Of a stretch of 64,000 bases of DNA, positions 10,562 to 20,686 are shown in pieces. This stretch comes from an uncultured Verrucomicrobiae bacterium (lineage in GTDB: Bacteria > Verrucomicrobiota > Verrucomicrobiia > Chthoniobacterales > UBA10450): positions 864,001 to 928,000 of the forward strand of contig CAWIBO010000002.1 in the NCBI GenBank assembly GCA_963834385.1. The letters run 5' to 3'. The position numbers and the translations under genes are program-made. The notes below the pieces were generated by a model. It saw only the letters and a program-made list of their open reading frames with translations. It did no database searches and had not been told where the DNA came from. Within the stretch, counting starts at the first letter, position 1; each line of letters starts with the position of its first letter.

Positions 10562-10949
10562 CTACTTGTCGCGCACCCAGGTCACGGCCGCGGTGATCTT
10601 GTCCTCTTCCCCCGCGTCCGTCCGATTTTCGTAGACGGTCATGTTCATCTTCTCGTCCGCCCCTTCTTCCTCGCCGGGTTCCAGGGCCAGGACGACAAAA
10701 CTGCCGCCAAAGCCGTTGGGCTTTTTCGCCCCCAGCAGCTCGAGTTCAAAGGAGGCCTCTTCCTCGTCGCCGGTGACGTCCTTGTACTTGATCGGCTCGT
10801 CGTCGTTGAACTGGACGGTCTCCTCCGTGACGACCAGACGGTCACCCCGGCCGCTCGACCATTCGCCGACGTAGCTGGGCGCTTCCGTGGCCGGCGCCAG
10901 TGGCGGTCCCGGCCAGCCCCAGCAAAAGAACGAGGGAAAACCGCCTCAT
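10562..10949 (-). CDS. Small secreted acidic hypothetical protein (one frameshift; not called in the ORF track)
   Basis: The ATG at 10949 overlaps the upstream stop and reads MRRFSLVLLLGLAG. After a shift near 10895 it reads ...EAPSYVGEWSSGRGDRLVVTEETVQFNDDEPIKYKDVT...VTWVRDK*. Confidence 0.6.
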
Positions 10950-11371
10950 GAACGGCTCTCGACCCGGTCCACCTTCCAGCGCTGCTTCTTCTTCACGACC
11001 GACACCCGCAGCTTCGTGTTCATCTTTGCGCCGGTCAGGGTCACGTCCATGGTGCCGCGACCTTCGCTGATGTTGGAGCTTTCGATGGTGACGTTCTTGG
11101 CCCAGTCGGGATCAATATCCTGGGCAGCCAGGAAGTAGTCGGCGCTCAGGCTCTCGCCCTTTTTCATGCCGTCGATCTCGCGCAGGAGCCGCCCGGTCAC
11201 GAACTTCTTCAGTTCCTGCCGGCGCGTCCCGAGGATGTCCTCGGTCTGCACGGCCGTGCGGACATACCAGTCGTAAAATTCGCGAACATCCTTGGCCGGG
11301 GCTTCATCAGCGGCAAAAGCGAACGGAGCCACCCCGAAAAACAGCGCAATCAAGAGGAGATATTTTTTCAT
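10946..11371 (-). CDS. DUF3828/YbjP-like secreted protein
   Basis: Signal peptide, then VREFYDWY, ADYFLAAQD.DPDW and C-terminal WKVDRV. Confidence 0.75.
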   Translation of the reverse strand: MKKYLLLIALFFGVAPFAFAADEAPAKDVREFYDWYVRTAVQTEDILGTRRQELKKFVTGRLLREIDGMKKGESLSADYFLAAQDIDPDWAKNVTIESSNISEGRGTMDVTLTGAKMNTKLRVSVVKKKQRWKVDRVESRS

Positions 11372-11507
11372 AAGCAGGAGGGGAAACCTAACCCACGAGG
11401 CCGGAAGGTAAAGAGACGGAGGGTGTTGGGCGCATGGGCGGGCAGGAATCTCTTCTGACGAACCCGGGGCCCGCCCTATTCACCGGGCCCGCCGCCGGCG
11501 CCCCGCA

Positions 11508-11885
11508 CTAGTCGCCCGTGGGAATGATGTCGGCCCCTTCCACCATCAGGATAACCGTGCGCTCCGGCGCGCGCGGACGATGGCGGACGCCCTTGGGGAT
11601 GACGAAACACTGCTGCGGGCGAAGATCGATCATCCGGTCTTCCATGTCGATCAGGAGCCGGCCCGAGACCACGTAGAAGAACTCATCCAGCTGCTCGTGT
11701 TTATGCCAGTGATACTGGCCCTCGACCACCCCGAGGCGAACCACCGATTCGTTCACCTGGCAGAGGGTCCCGTTCCACCAGGGATGTTTCACTCCTTCCG
11801 CGATCTCGGCCACGTCGATCACCTGCAGATGCGGAAACAGAATCTCGAGGTGCGTTTCGTAGGGGGAAGCCGGTTCCTCGGGCAT
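11508..11885 (-). CDS. Cupin domain protein
   Basis: Motifs GQYHWHKHEQLDEFFYVVSG and FVIPKGVRHRPRA. Confidence 0.9.
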   Translation of the reverse strand: MPEEPASPYETHLEILFPHLQVIDVAEIAEGVKHPWWNGTLCQVNESVVRLGVVEGQYHWHKHEQLDEFFYVVSGRLLIDMEDRMIDLRPQQCFVIPKGVRHRPRAPERTVILMVEGADIIPTGD

Positions 11886-11933
11886 GATGCCGCCCATTCT
11901 GCAATTTTCCGGGCGCGCCCGCCACTGCAAAGC

Positions 11934-12995
11934 TCAGCGCGGACCGGCAGCCCGGCGCCGCTCCGCCAGCCATTCCTCGGAGAACCGGATGTGCCGGATG
12001 GTCTCGCGCCGGTAGGAATAGGTCACGTGATAACTCCCATCCGCGGCCCGCAGAAAGGCCGGATAAGAGAACCCGGAATCCTTGCGGCGATCGAAGTCCC
12101 AAAGGGTGACGAAGTTCCGGCCATCGGTCGAAAGAGCGAGCGAGATCGGGTTGCGCCGCTCCGCGCTGTTGTTGAAGACGAGCAGGGTTTCCCCGGCGGG
12201 CGTGGCCGCGGCCGCGACCGCGGCGTTCGGGTTCGGCAGCGCGAGTTGCTCCGCGGGCGACCAGCTCCCCGTCGCCCGATCAAACCGGGAGAAGAGCAGG
12301 CCGTCCCATTCCGGGTTGCGGAGATAAGCGACAAGATCGCCTCCCGGCGGCTGGACCAGCGCAGCCTGGAACGCGGGGCGCCCCGGGATATCAGCGAACT
12401 TTTTTTCTAGGATCACTCCATTTTCCGCCGTGACCAGGCAGGTGAAAGCGCGCTTGTTCCAGATCCCGCGGTAAAGCGGCACCATGAACCCCTCACCGAC
12501 CGGCACCGGGCTGTTGCGGGGCAGCCGGCCGAAACCGCCCACGAGCGTGCGCGCGACCGACCATGTCCGCCCCTCGTCGCGGGAAGTTTTGTAGTCGACC
12601 CGCGCCGTGCTCCAGCCGCCAAAAGGCAGGGCGGCATAAAAGAGCCAGAGAACATTTTCACGGTCCCGGTAAAGCGCGGTGTTGCCCAGGCTTTTGGTCG
12701 GGAACCAGCGGCCTTCGGCTTTTTCCCCGCGGGCCACGGCCACGGCGGGCTCGCTCCACCGCCGCGTTTTCGCGTCGAACCGGCTCAGGTAGATCTGGAC
12801 GTCCGGCGCGCATTCATGGCTCCCGGCATACCAGGTGCAGAGGAGGTCGCCCCCGGCCAGCTCCGCGAGGGAGGAGCCATGGTTCGTCTGGTAACGGCCA
12901 GGCGGGACAAGGAACGCGGCGGAATAATCCGCGGCGCCGCGCACCGGGCTTGCCAGCAAGAGGCCGGCGAGGATCACTCTTCCCGCCCGCTTCAC
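11934..12995 (-). CDS. BNR-repeat exo-alpha-sialidase-like protein (BNR_2)
   Basis: Signal peptide, HGSSLAEL..GDLLCTWYAGS.E, SRDEGRTW, LPNPNA and FSYP...H.TYSY.R..I.H. The GTG start overlaps the kinase stop. Confidence 0.85.
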   Translation of the reverse strand: MKRAGRVILAGLLLASPVRGAADYSAAFLVPPGRYQTNHGSSLAELAGGDLLCTWYAGSHECAPDVQIYLSRFDAKTRRWSEPAVAVARGEKAEGRWFPTKSLGNTALYRDRENVLWLFYAALPFGGWSTARVDYKTSRDEGRTWSVARTLVGGFGRLPRNSPVPVGEGFMVPLYRGIWNKRAFTCLVTAENGVILEKKFADIPGRPAFQAALVQPPGGDLVAYLRNPEWDGLLFSRFDRATGSWSPAEQLALPNPNAAVAAAATPAGETLLVFNNSAERRNPISLALSTDGRNFVTLWDFDRRKDSGFSYPAFLRAADGSYHVTYSYRRETIRHIRFSEEWLAERRRAAGPR

Positions 12996-15900
12996 GCGAC
13001 GGTGCGAAGCCTGGGCGCGGTGATGTCTTCGATGGACTGGCGCAAGCGTTCCCAGTCAACCGGTTTGGTCAGGTGTTCGCTGAACCCGGCGGCCTTGCTC
13101 GCGGCCACATCCTCCTCGGTGCCGAACCCGCTCAGGGCGATCCCGGGCGGCCCTCCGGCCTCGCGCAGCCCGCGCATCAGCTCGAGCCCGCTGCCGTCGG
13201 GCAAACCGACGTCGCTGATGACCAGATCAAAGGGACGCTCCGCCGCGAGCTGCCGCGCCTCCGCCACGGTCCCGGCATTCTGCACCAGGTAACCGGCCCC
13301 CTCGAGAATCCGGCGCATGACCCGGGCCGTGTCCTGGTGATCTTCCACCAGGAGAACGGCGACCCGCTGCGGCTGGAGCGATCGTTCCTCCGGGAAATAA
13401 ACCGGGCCCGCGAGCAGGGATGTTTCCATGGCCTTGAGGGTGATGGTGAAGGTGGCGCCTTTCCCGGCGCCTTCACTGCGGACGGCGATCTCGCCGCCAT
13501 GCATGTCGATGACGCGCTTGGAAATGGCGAGACCGAGGCCAAGGCCGCCGAACTGGCTGGTGACCCGGCGCCCGCCCTGCTCAAAGGCATCGAAGATGCG
13601 CGGCTGCAATTCCGGGGCGATCCCGACCCCGGAATCGGTGATCTCGACCATGATGCGGTGAGCATCGTCATTGAAGGTGCGGATCTCGATGACGCCCCCG
13701 GCGGGAGTGAACTTGAAAGCGTTCTTGAGCACGTTCCAGCAAACCTGCTGGAGACGCGCGGCATCAGCCCAGCAATGATGTTCCTTCGCGTCGAAATGGC
13801 GGGTCAGGCGGTGGTTCTTTTCGCCCAGTTCCGCCGCGGTGATGGCGAGGGCGTTCTCGATCACGGCGTGAATATCGACCGCATCATTGTGCAGCTCGAA
13901 CTTGCCGTGCGAGATGCGGGTGAGATCGAGCAGGTCATCAATCAGGAGGCGTTCCAGCTCAATGTTGCGTTGCATGACCTCAAGGTCGCGCCGGAAGGCG
14001 TCACTGATCTCCGGTTCGCGCCTGAGCGAGGCCAGGGTCATGAGCACCGGGGTGAGCGGGGTGCGCAGCTCGTGCGAGAGCATGGCGAGGAACTGGTCCT
14101 TGGCCCGGTTCGCCTCCTCCGCCTGCTGCCGCGCCTTTTCCAGGGCCAATTCGCTCAGTTTCCGCTCGGTCGTGTCCTGGATCACCGCCACGAACGAGCG
14201 CACCGCGGCCTCCTTCATTTCCGGGACATAGGTACAGTGCATCCAGCGATTCCCCTCCTCGTAGGGAACCTCGATCTCGAATTCCACCCGCTCGCCGCGC
14301 AGGGCCGCCTCGACGTAGGGCGCGATCGTCCCGAAGGCCGCCTCGCCAATCACCTCGCGCAAGTGCCGTCCCACCACCTGCTCGGGCGTGCGCCGGAATC
14401 GTTTTGCGTACGGTTCGTTCACAAAAACGTAACGGCCTTCCCGGTCGCAATGGGCGAGGAAAACGGTGATGGCATGGTCGGTGACGAAGCGCAGTTGTTT
14501 TTCCCCCTGCCGCAGCGCCTCCTCGATCACCCGGCGCTCGTGCACGTCGATAACCGAACCGATAAAGCCGAGAAATTCGCCGTCCGGCGCGAACCGGGGC
14601 CGGCCCGCGTCGATGGCCCACCGGTATTCGCCATCCGCCCGCCGCAGCCGGTAATCGAGCTGGAACGGCTCCCGTTTCCGGTTCGCCTCCAGGAAAACCT
14701 CCGCAGCGTGGGGCCGGTCGTCGGGATGGATGACATTGGTCCAACCCAGCCCCAGGCTTTCCTCCTCTGTCTGCCCGGTGAACTCGTACCAGCCGCGGCT
14801 GAGAAACGAACAGGCGCCATCAGGCTCGGTGATCCAGAGCCGGGCCGGGGCGGTGTTGGCCATGTCGCGGAAGAGGCGCTCGCTTTCGCGCAGCGCATCC
14901 TCAGCCCGGCGACGCGCCGTGATGTCGAGCACCGTGCCGATAAAGCGATCCGCCTCGCCATCCTCCCCGAAAACGGCTCGCCCGCTCGCCGCAATCCACC
15001 GCTCCCGCCGGTCCTCGAGCCCGACCACCCGATATTCGATTTCGAAATCGCCCGACCCGCCGGGCCGCAAGGCCGCCTGCACGGCCGCATCCGTCCTCTC
15101 CCGATCGTCCGGGTGCAGACCGGCCAAAAACGTATCGTGGGAAATTTCCGCCTCCGGCGGCAGGCCAAAAAGCTCCCGACAGCGGTCGGACCAGAAGAGC
15201 TCGCCCGTGCGCGGCCGGAAATCGAAGGTGCCAATGCTGGTTGCCTCGATGGCCAGGCGAAGCAGGCGCTCGTTCTCCTGCAATTTCCGGTCGGCCTCGG
15301 CCATGCGCAGTTCCTGTTCCTTGCGCACATTGATGTCGGCGCGAAACACGACCACGCCGTCGGCCGCCGGGTAGATGCGGGTTTCCATCCAGCAATTCCA
15401 GCGCTCGTAAAACTTCTCGAAATGCTGCGGCTGCTGGGTTTCGACCGCGCGATGCGCGTGCGTGTAGAAGGTTCCGCCGACCGCCTCCGGATACATCGTC
15501 CAGATGCAGCGCCCGATCATTTCGTCGCGGGAAAGATGGGCCAGCCGGGCCGCGCTCTCGTTGGCGTAGATGTAGCGCCATTCGCGGTCGAGGGCGACAA
15601 AGGCGTCGCTGATGCTGGCCAGGGCCGCCTCGCGCTGGTCGAGCAAATCGCGCACTTCGCGTTGGCGGCGGCGCGCGCGCAGGACGGCCTGAACGGTGCT
15701 GACCAGGGTCACGCCGCCGAAAGGGCGCTCCAGCAGGGTGACGTTGGCGGACGAACCGAAAACGGCCAGGGTGCGGGTGCTGACTTCGTCGGTCACCGCG
15801 CTGCTGGTCAGGATGATCAGGGGCAAATCCGACCATGGCGGCTGCTTCTTCAGCGCTTCCAGAAAGAGAGGCAGCTCCGGGAGGACAATGGCTTCCTGCG

Positions 15901-16078
15901 CGAGGATGACGGCATCAGTCTCCGGCCCGAGACAGCAGGCCAGCGCCCCAAGGTCGGGGCGGGTATGGGAAGTGATCCCGGCTTTCTCCAGGACGGAAAC
16001 AGCCAGGCTGGCGTCCTGCCCCGTGGGGGCGACCACGATAACGCCGGGACAGGACTCAGCCGCGTCGCTTTTTTTCAT
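12992..16078 (-). CDS. Hybrid sensor histidine kinase (degenerate N-terminal receiver, 4 PAS/PAC, HisKA, HATPase, C-terminal REC)
   Basis: H-box FLAMLSHELRTPLTP, NVLKNAFKFT, G2 box GGLGLGLAIS and receiver LLVEDH...DLVISDVGLPD. No TM helices. Confidence 0.93.
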   Translation of the reverse strand: MKKSDAAESCPGVIVVAPTGQDASLAVSVLEKAGITSHTRPDLGALACCLGPETDAVILAQEAIVLPELPLFLEALKKQPPWSDLPLIILTSSAVTDEVSTRTLAVFGSSANVTLLERPFGGVTLVSTVQAVLRARRRQREVRDLLDQREAALASISDAFVALDREWRYIYANESAARLAHLSRDEMIGRCIWTMYPEAVGGTFYTHAHRAVETQQPQHFEKFYERWNCWMETRIYPAADGVVVFRADINVRKEQELRMAEADRKLQENERLLRLAIEATSIGTFDFRPRTGELFWSDRCRELFGLPPEAEISHDTFLAGLHPDDRERTDAAVQAALRPGGSGDFEIEYRVVGLEDRRERWIAASGRAVFGEDGEADRFIGTVLDITARRRAEDALRESERLFRDMANTAPARLWITEPDGACSFLSRGWYEFTGQTEEESLGLGWTNVIHPDDRPHAAEVFLEANRKREPFQLDYRLRRADGEYRWAIDAGRPRFAPDGEFLGFIGSVIDVHERRVIEEALRQGEKQLRFVTDHAITVFLAHCDREGRYVFVNEPYAKRFRRTPEQVVGRHLREVIGEAAFGTIAPYVEAALRGERVEFEIEVPYEEGNRWMHCTYVPEMKEAAVRSFVAVIQDTTERKLSELALEKARQQAEEANRAKDQFLAMLSHELRTPLTPVLMTLASLRREPEISDAFRRDLEVMQRNIELERLLIDDLLDLTRISHGKFELHNDAVDIHAVIENALAITAAELGEKNHRLTRHFDAKEHHCWADAARLQQVCWNVLKNAFKFTPAGGVIEIRTFNDDAHRIMVEITDSGVGIAPELQPRIFDAFEQGGRRVTSQFGGLGLGLAISKRVIDMHGGEIAVRSEGAGKGATFTITLKAMETSLLAGPVYFPEERSLQPQRVAVLLVEDHQDTARVMRRILEGAGYLVQNAGTVAEARQLAAERPFDLVISDVGLPDGSGLELMRGLREAGGPPGIALSGFGTEEDVAASKAAGFSEHLTKPVDWERLRQSIEDITAPRLRTVA

Positions 16079-17612
16079 GCCTGCGCTTCTTCCCGCCCTT
16101 CTTCGCCGGCTTTTCCCGGGTCGTCGCGGACGGTCGCGCAATTTCCCTGGCCTCAGGCAGACTCGGGGTGCCGGTAAGCACGCCACGAAATTCCTTCAAC
16201 GGCGGCCCGACCGTGATGGCATCCTCGGCGATCAAAAGCTCGCGGATCGTCTTCTCGTGCGCGCCGACGCGCTTTTTGATCACGGAGATGGCGCGATGCA
16301 CCGCGCCGCGCGCCTCAAAAAAGCGGTGGGTAATCACGGTATCGGCCAGGTAGGTGACGTCGATGGGCGACTGCATCTGGCCGAGGAGACCGGCCGGGGT
16401 GACCACCATCATGGTGACCACGCCCAGTTGATTCAGGTAGGTGAGCAATTCGTGCAGCTGGAGGTTAAGGGAACGATCGTCCCCCATCGACTGGAGATAG
16501 CCGTTCAGGCTGTCGAGCAGGATGACGCGGGTGCCCCGCTGCTCCACGTCTCCCTGGATGCGGGAGGCAAGTTCGCCCGGGGAAAGCTCGGCCGGATCGA
16601 TCTGCACCGCGGAGAACGTGCCGTCCTCGATTCTTTTATCGAGCCCGAAGTTGAGCCCGCGCGCCCGCGCATGCAGGACGCCGAGGCTCTCGTCGAAACT
16701 GTAGAGCGAAACTTTTTCTCCCCGCTCCGCCGCCGCCACCGCGAACTTGAGCGCGAGGGTCGATTTGCCCGTGCCGGGCGGCCCGGAAAAAAGGGTGCTG
16801 GTGCCGCGGGCCAGGCCTCCCCCAAGGAGCGTGTCGACCCCCGGGATGTTGCTCGAGATATTCTCGCTCGGGAAATGTCGGTGATGTTCCGCCGCCACCA
16901 GGCGCGGGAAGACCGTCAGGCCGCCGCGCTCGATCACAAAATCATGGTTGCCGCCGCGATAGGTGCTCCCGCGGATCTTGCGCACGTTCAACCGGCGTCG
17001 CTCGGCCCCATACTCGGGCGCCAGTTGTTCCAGCCGGATGACGCCGTGCGCCAGGCTGAGCACATGGGCGTCGGCGCCCCCCTCGTGGCTGTCGTCCAGC
17101 AGCAGGGTGGTGCAATTGCGCCCGGCAAAGAATTGCTTGAAGGCGAGAATCTGCCGGCGATAACGCAGCGCCGTGTGCGAAAGCAGTCGCAACTCGGAGA
17201 GCGAATCAAACGCCACCCGCGTCGGTTTCACCTTCTCCACCGCGTCCAGAAGCAGCCGGGTGGTCTCGGTCAATTCCACCTCGGCCGCATGGAACAGGGT
17301 GTTCTGCGCCTGCGCGCTTAACTGCTGGTCGATCGCGGAAAGTTCAACAATCTCGACGTTCTTGAGCGACCAGCCGTGCGAGAGCGCCACTTCCTCCACC
17401 TCGTCGCGCGTCTCCGAGAGGCTGATGTAGAGCACCTTCTCGCCCCCCTTCGCGCCCTCGAGCAAAAACTGCAGGGCCAGCGTCGTCTTGCCCGCTCCCG
17501 GCATTCCCTGGATCAGATAGAGGCGGCGCGGCGGAAAACCGCCGCCAAGGATGTCATCGAGACCGGCGATCCCGGTCGGGACTTTGGAGGTTGATCTCTC
17601 TTGTTTCGGCAC
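16056..17612 (-). CDS. KaiC-like double-domain RecA-family ATPase
   Basis: N-terminus KVPTGIAGLDDILGGG. Two Walker A motifs (GMPGAGKTT, GPPGTGKST) and two Walker B motifs (VAFDSL, ILLDSL). Confidence 0.92.
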   Translation of the reverse strand: MPKQERSTSKVPTGIAGLDDILGGGFPPRRLYLIQGMPGAGKTTLALQFLLEGAKGGEKVLYISLSETRDEVEEVALSHGWSLKNVEIVELSAIDQQLSAQAQNTLFHAAEVELTETTRLLLDAVEKVKPTRVAFDSLSELRLLSHTALRYRRQILAFKQFFAGRNCTTLLLDDSHEGGADAHVLSLAHGVIRLEQLAPEYGAERRRLNVRKIRGSTYRGGNHDFVIERGGLTVFPRLVAAEHHRHFPSENISSNIPGVDTLLGGGLARGTSTLFSGPPGTGKSTLALKFAVAAAERGEKVSLYSFDESLGVLHARARGLNFGLDKRIEDGTFSAVQIDPAELSPGELASRIQGDVEQRGTRVILLDSLNGYLQSMGDDRSLNLQLHELLTYLNQLGVVTMMVVTPAGLLGQMQSPIDVTYLADTVITHRFFEARGAVHRAISVIKKRVGAHEKTIRELLIAEDAITVGPPLKEFRGVLTGTPSLPEAREIARPSATTREKPAKKGGKKRRHEKKRRG

Positions 17613-17792
17613 AGGCGAAGTCTAATTGGAGCGGCAACAAATGCGAGCGTGTTTGCCCGTTCTTGCGGTAACAAACCTACGCGACATCTGTGCTCCCGGA
17701 TTCGCAAATGACCCCTCCGGCGGCGGTCCTTTTTTCGCACGCAGAACGGGGCGGGAGTTGAAGGGGACCGCTCTCCCGGGCGATGTTCGCCG

Positions 17793-20246
17793 ATGTTGAA
17801 GGGGCTGGAGGTCAACCTGGTCGTGCCCGACCTCTGGCAACAGGAAGCCGTGCGCGCCCTCCAGGCCGGGCAGGATGTGGTGGTGCAGGCTCCCACCGGC
17901 GCGGGCAAAACCTACATCTTCGAGCTGCTTTACCCGTCACTGAAAGGGCAGGCGGTTTTCACTGTCCCGACCCGCGCCCTCGCCAACGATAAGCTGGCGG
18001 AATGGCGCGGGCGCGGCTGGGACGTCGGCATTGCCACGGGCGACCTGGCCCTGAACACCGGCGCCCGCGTGGTCGTGGCCACACTCGAGACCCAGCGGAC
18101 ACGCTTCCTGCGCCGGGAAGGACCGGCCCTGCTTGTGGTGGACGAATACCAGATGATCGCCGATCCGGTGCGCGGCGTGCATTATGAGCTGGCGCTCGCC
18201 CTGGCCCCGCCGAGGACCCAGCTTCTTCTCCTGAGCGGGAGTGTGGGGAACCCGCAGGACGTGGTCGCGTGGCTCCGCCGGCTCGGGCGCGAGGTCCATC
18301 TTGTCTCCCACTCCGAACGCCCGGTGCCGCTGGTGGAAGTCGATCTCGGTTCCCTGCCGGAATCCAACTTCGTGCAGGGCCGCCATTTCTGGGCGCGCAC
18401 CGTCGGCCGGGCTCTTCGGGCGGATCTCGCGCCCGTCCTCCTCTTTGCCCCGCGCCGCCGGGCCAGCGAGGAAATGGCGCAAGCGATCGGCACGGCTCTT
18501 TCCGTGCGCGATCCGCTTACTCTCTCGCCGGAACAGGAGCAGGTGGCCGGAAAAAAGCTGGCGCGTCTCCTGCGCAACCGCGTGGCCTATCATCACAGCG
18601 GCTTGAGTTACGCCGCGCGGGCCGGCCTGATCGAGCCGCTGGCCAAGGCCGGCCAGCTCGACGTCGTCGTGGCCACGATGGGTCTCGCCGCCGGGATCAA
18701 TTTTTCCATGCGCTCGGTCCTGATCACCGATACCCGTTATTTCGCCGGCGCCTTCCAGAAGCAGGTGCAGGCGGATGAACTCTTGCAGATGTTCGGAAGA
18801 GCCGGGCGCCGCGGACTCGACGACACCGGTCATGTGCTTTTTCTGCCGGACCTGCCGCGTCTGGGCGATGCGCGGCCGAGGAGCCTGAAACGCGCCAACC
18901 CGGTCGACTGGCCGAGCCTGCTCAGCGTCATGAACGAGGCGGCTGCGCGCGGCGAAGAGCCGTTCCGCGCCGCGGTCGACCTGAGCGCCTCGCTTTTCAG
19001 CCCGCAGCGGATCGCCCTTGGGGTGGAACATCCGCTCGCGACCGGGCCGCGCCCTTGCGGACTCATGGTTGAAGCCGAGCGCGCGCGCTTCATCCGGCGC
19101 GGCATGACGGAGATGCTCGGTTCGGCGAATGAATGGGAACCGGAAACGCCGGTGACCACGGCGCGTCTCGGGGAGGCGCTGGTGCAAGAGGAGGGAGAAT
19201 GGCGCCGCGCCCTGACTCTTCCCCGCCTGCTGGATGGGCGCGGCTTTGGAAATCTTTGCCGGCTCCGGGCCGAGGCCATCTATGGCCGCGAGATTCCGCT
19301 CGCGACGCGCACCGGCGACAATCTCTTTACGCCGGTGAAATGGTTGCGCCGGGCGTTGAAACCGCCGGGCGCGGACCCGCGCGGATCGGCCGCCGCCGCC
19401 GAGCCCACGGTCTTCTCACCGGACACCTTGGCGGAGCTGGTCACGCCGCGGTTACCTGAATGGACCGGCGGAGGGGAGCTCGCCGAACTGGTCACCCGCG
19501 GCGACACCATCTCCGCCCGCGTCGATTTCTCGGGGATCATGGTCGAGGCGCGCCTGGACCAGCATGGCCGGCCGCTCCTGGATCCGCCGGTGCGCGCGGC
19601 GCTGCCGATGGTTTGTCGCGCGTGCGACCAGCGCGACCATGATTTGCGCGTCCCGATCGAGGCCACACCGACTTACGCCTGGCGCACCCTTGGGCTGGTC
19701 GAGGCCGAGGGCACCCCCACGCGCCGCGGCGTCATCTTCTCCTTCTTCCAGGCGGGCGAAGGCCTCGCGGTCGCCGCCGCGCTGGAGGAGAAAACCTACC
19801 CGGTCGAAGACCTCGTCTTCGACCTCGCCAACATCCGGGCCGGCCCGCGCTTTGCCGGGGAGGACGCGCCGCTTGGCGGCCGGCTCGGCGCCCTTTGCCA
19901 GCGGGTTTATTCCCGGGCCGATCATCCCGGTTACCTCGAGATGGGCGTGCCCGTGCAATACGGCTCCGGCGCCGCGGAAGTGGTGCGCGAAATCGTGGCC
20001 AGTCCCGGCGGCCGCTATCGCATCAGCTCGGAAACACTTCGCTCCGGCGACATCGAGCGCGCCCTCATGGAATGGCGCAGCCTGCTGCGTCACATCGTGT
20101 CCGCGCCCGAGCACGACTGGGATCGCTGGCGCGAACTGAAAGAGGCGGCCGCGCGTTTCGTTGATCGGACGGTCTCGCCGGCCTCACTTGAATTGCCGCG
20201 CCTGCTGGCCGCGCAAAAGCAGCGCCGCGGAACTTTTGCCGCCTGA
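17793..20246 (+). CDS. SF2 DEAD/DEAH-box helicase (Ski2/HelY-like)
   Basis: Motifs APTGAGKT, PTRALANDK, VVDEYQ, LSGS, HHSGL, TMGLAAGIN and QMFGRAGRRG. Confidence 0.9.
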   Translation: MLKGLEVNLVVPDLWQQEAVRALQAGQDVVVQAPTGAGKTYIFELLYPSLKGQAVFTVPTRALANDKLAEWRGRGWDVGIATGDLALNTGARVVVATLETQRTRFLRREGPALLVVDEYQMIADPVRGVHYELALALAPPRTQLLLLSGSVGNPQDVVAWLRRLGREVHLVSHSERPVPLVEVDLGSLPESNFVQGRHFWARTVGRALRADLAPVLLFAPRRRASEEMAQAIGTALSVRDPLTLSPEQEQVAGKKLARLLRNRVAYHHSGLSYAARAGLIEPLAKAGQLDVVVATMGLAAGINFSMRSVLITDTRYFAGAFQKQVQADELLQMFGRAGRRGLDDTGHVLFLPDLPRLGDARPRSLKRANPVDWPSLLSVMNEAAARGEEPFRAAVDLSASLFSPQRIALGVEHPLATGPRPCGLMVEAERARFIRRGMTEMLGSANEWEPETPVTTARLGEALVQEEGEWRRALTLPRLLDGRGFGNLCRLRAEAIYGREIPLATRTGDNLFTPVKWLRRALKPPGADPRGSAAAAEPTVFSPDTLAELVTPRLPEWTGGGELAELVTRGDTISARVDFSGIMVEARLDQHGRPLLDPPVRAALPMVCRACDQRDHDLRVPIEATPTYAWRTLGLVEAEGTPTRRGVIFSFFQAGEGLAVAAALEEKTYPVEDLVFDLANIRAGPRFAGEDAPLGGRLGALCQRVYSRADHPGYLEMGVPVQYGSGAAEVVREIVASPGGRYRISSETLRSGDIERALMEWRSLLRHIVSAPEHDWDRWRELKEAAARFVDRTVSPASLELPRLLAAQKQRRGTFAA

Positions 20247-20266
20247 CCGGCGCCGGAGACCAGTCG

Positions 20267-20674
20267 TCAAAAATTCCAGCCGCCGCCCCAAAGGCTGGCC
20301 GGCGCAAACTCGACGCTGTTCCCGGCCGGGTCGCGGAAGTAGATCGAACGGCTTCCCGGTTCCCACTCCACTTCCGCCTCGAGCGGCACGCCCGCCGCCG
20401 CCAGTTTTTCCTTCCATCGTCTGGATCTCGTCGCCAGCTGGCGCCGAAAGCGCACGTGCCCGGATCCCTTTGTTCCGTGCGAAGGCACGTCCCGCCCGGC
20501 CGCCGCGCTTTGCCGGGGATCAAAGAGAAGAAGAACCGATGGACCGCACCGGAAAGAAACCAGGAGCTCGCTGCGCGTGATGACTTCGAGCCCCAGCACT
20601 TCCTCGTAAAATCGGGCAGCCGCCTCCAGGTCCGCGGCATACAGGACCGTCTCGAAAATCCTTTCAGGTTTCAC
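20267..20674 (-). CDS. VOC/glyoxalase family protein
   Basis: ETVLYAADLEAAARFYEEVLGL...HG..G.GH...RSIYFRDPAGNSVE. A short internal stretch looks like a compensated frameshift. Confidence 0.88.
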   Translation of the reverse strand: MKPERIFETVLYAADLEAAARFYEEVLGLEVITRSELLVSFRCGPSVLLLFDPRQSAAAGRDVPSHGTKGSGHVRFRRQLATRSRRWKEKLAAAGVPLEAEVEWEPGSRSIYFRDPAGNSVEFAPASLWGGGWNF

Positions 20675-20686
20675 GGCGGCGAAAGT

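Noticed and set aside
12563..16177. 1204 aa + strand ORF and other long antisense ORFs (e.g. 15696-17321, 43863-45440, 51080-52663)
   Set aside because: They are shadows of well-supported genes on the opposite strand, common in high-GC DNA, and carry no recognisable motifs.
16056..17612. Bona fide circadian clock
   Set aside because: No kaiA or kaiB is in the window and the ST phosphosite pair is not conserved. It is reported only as a KaiC-like ATPase.
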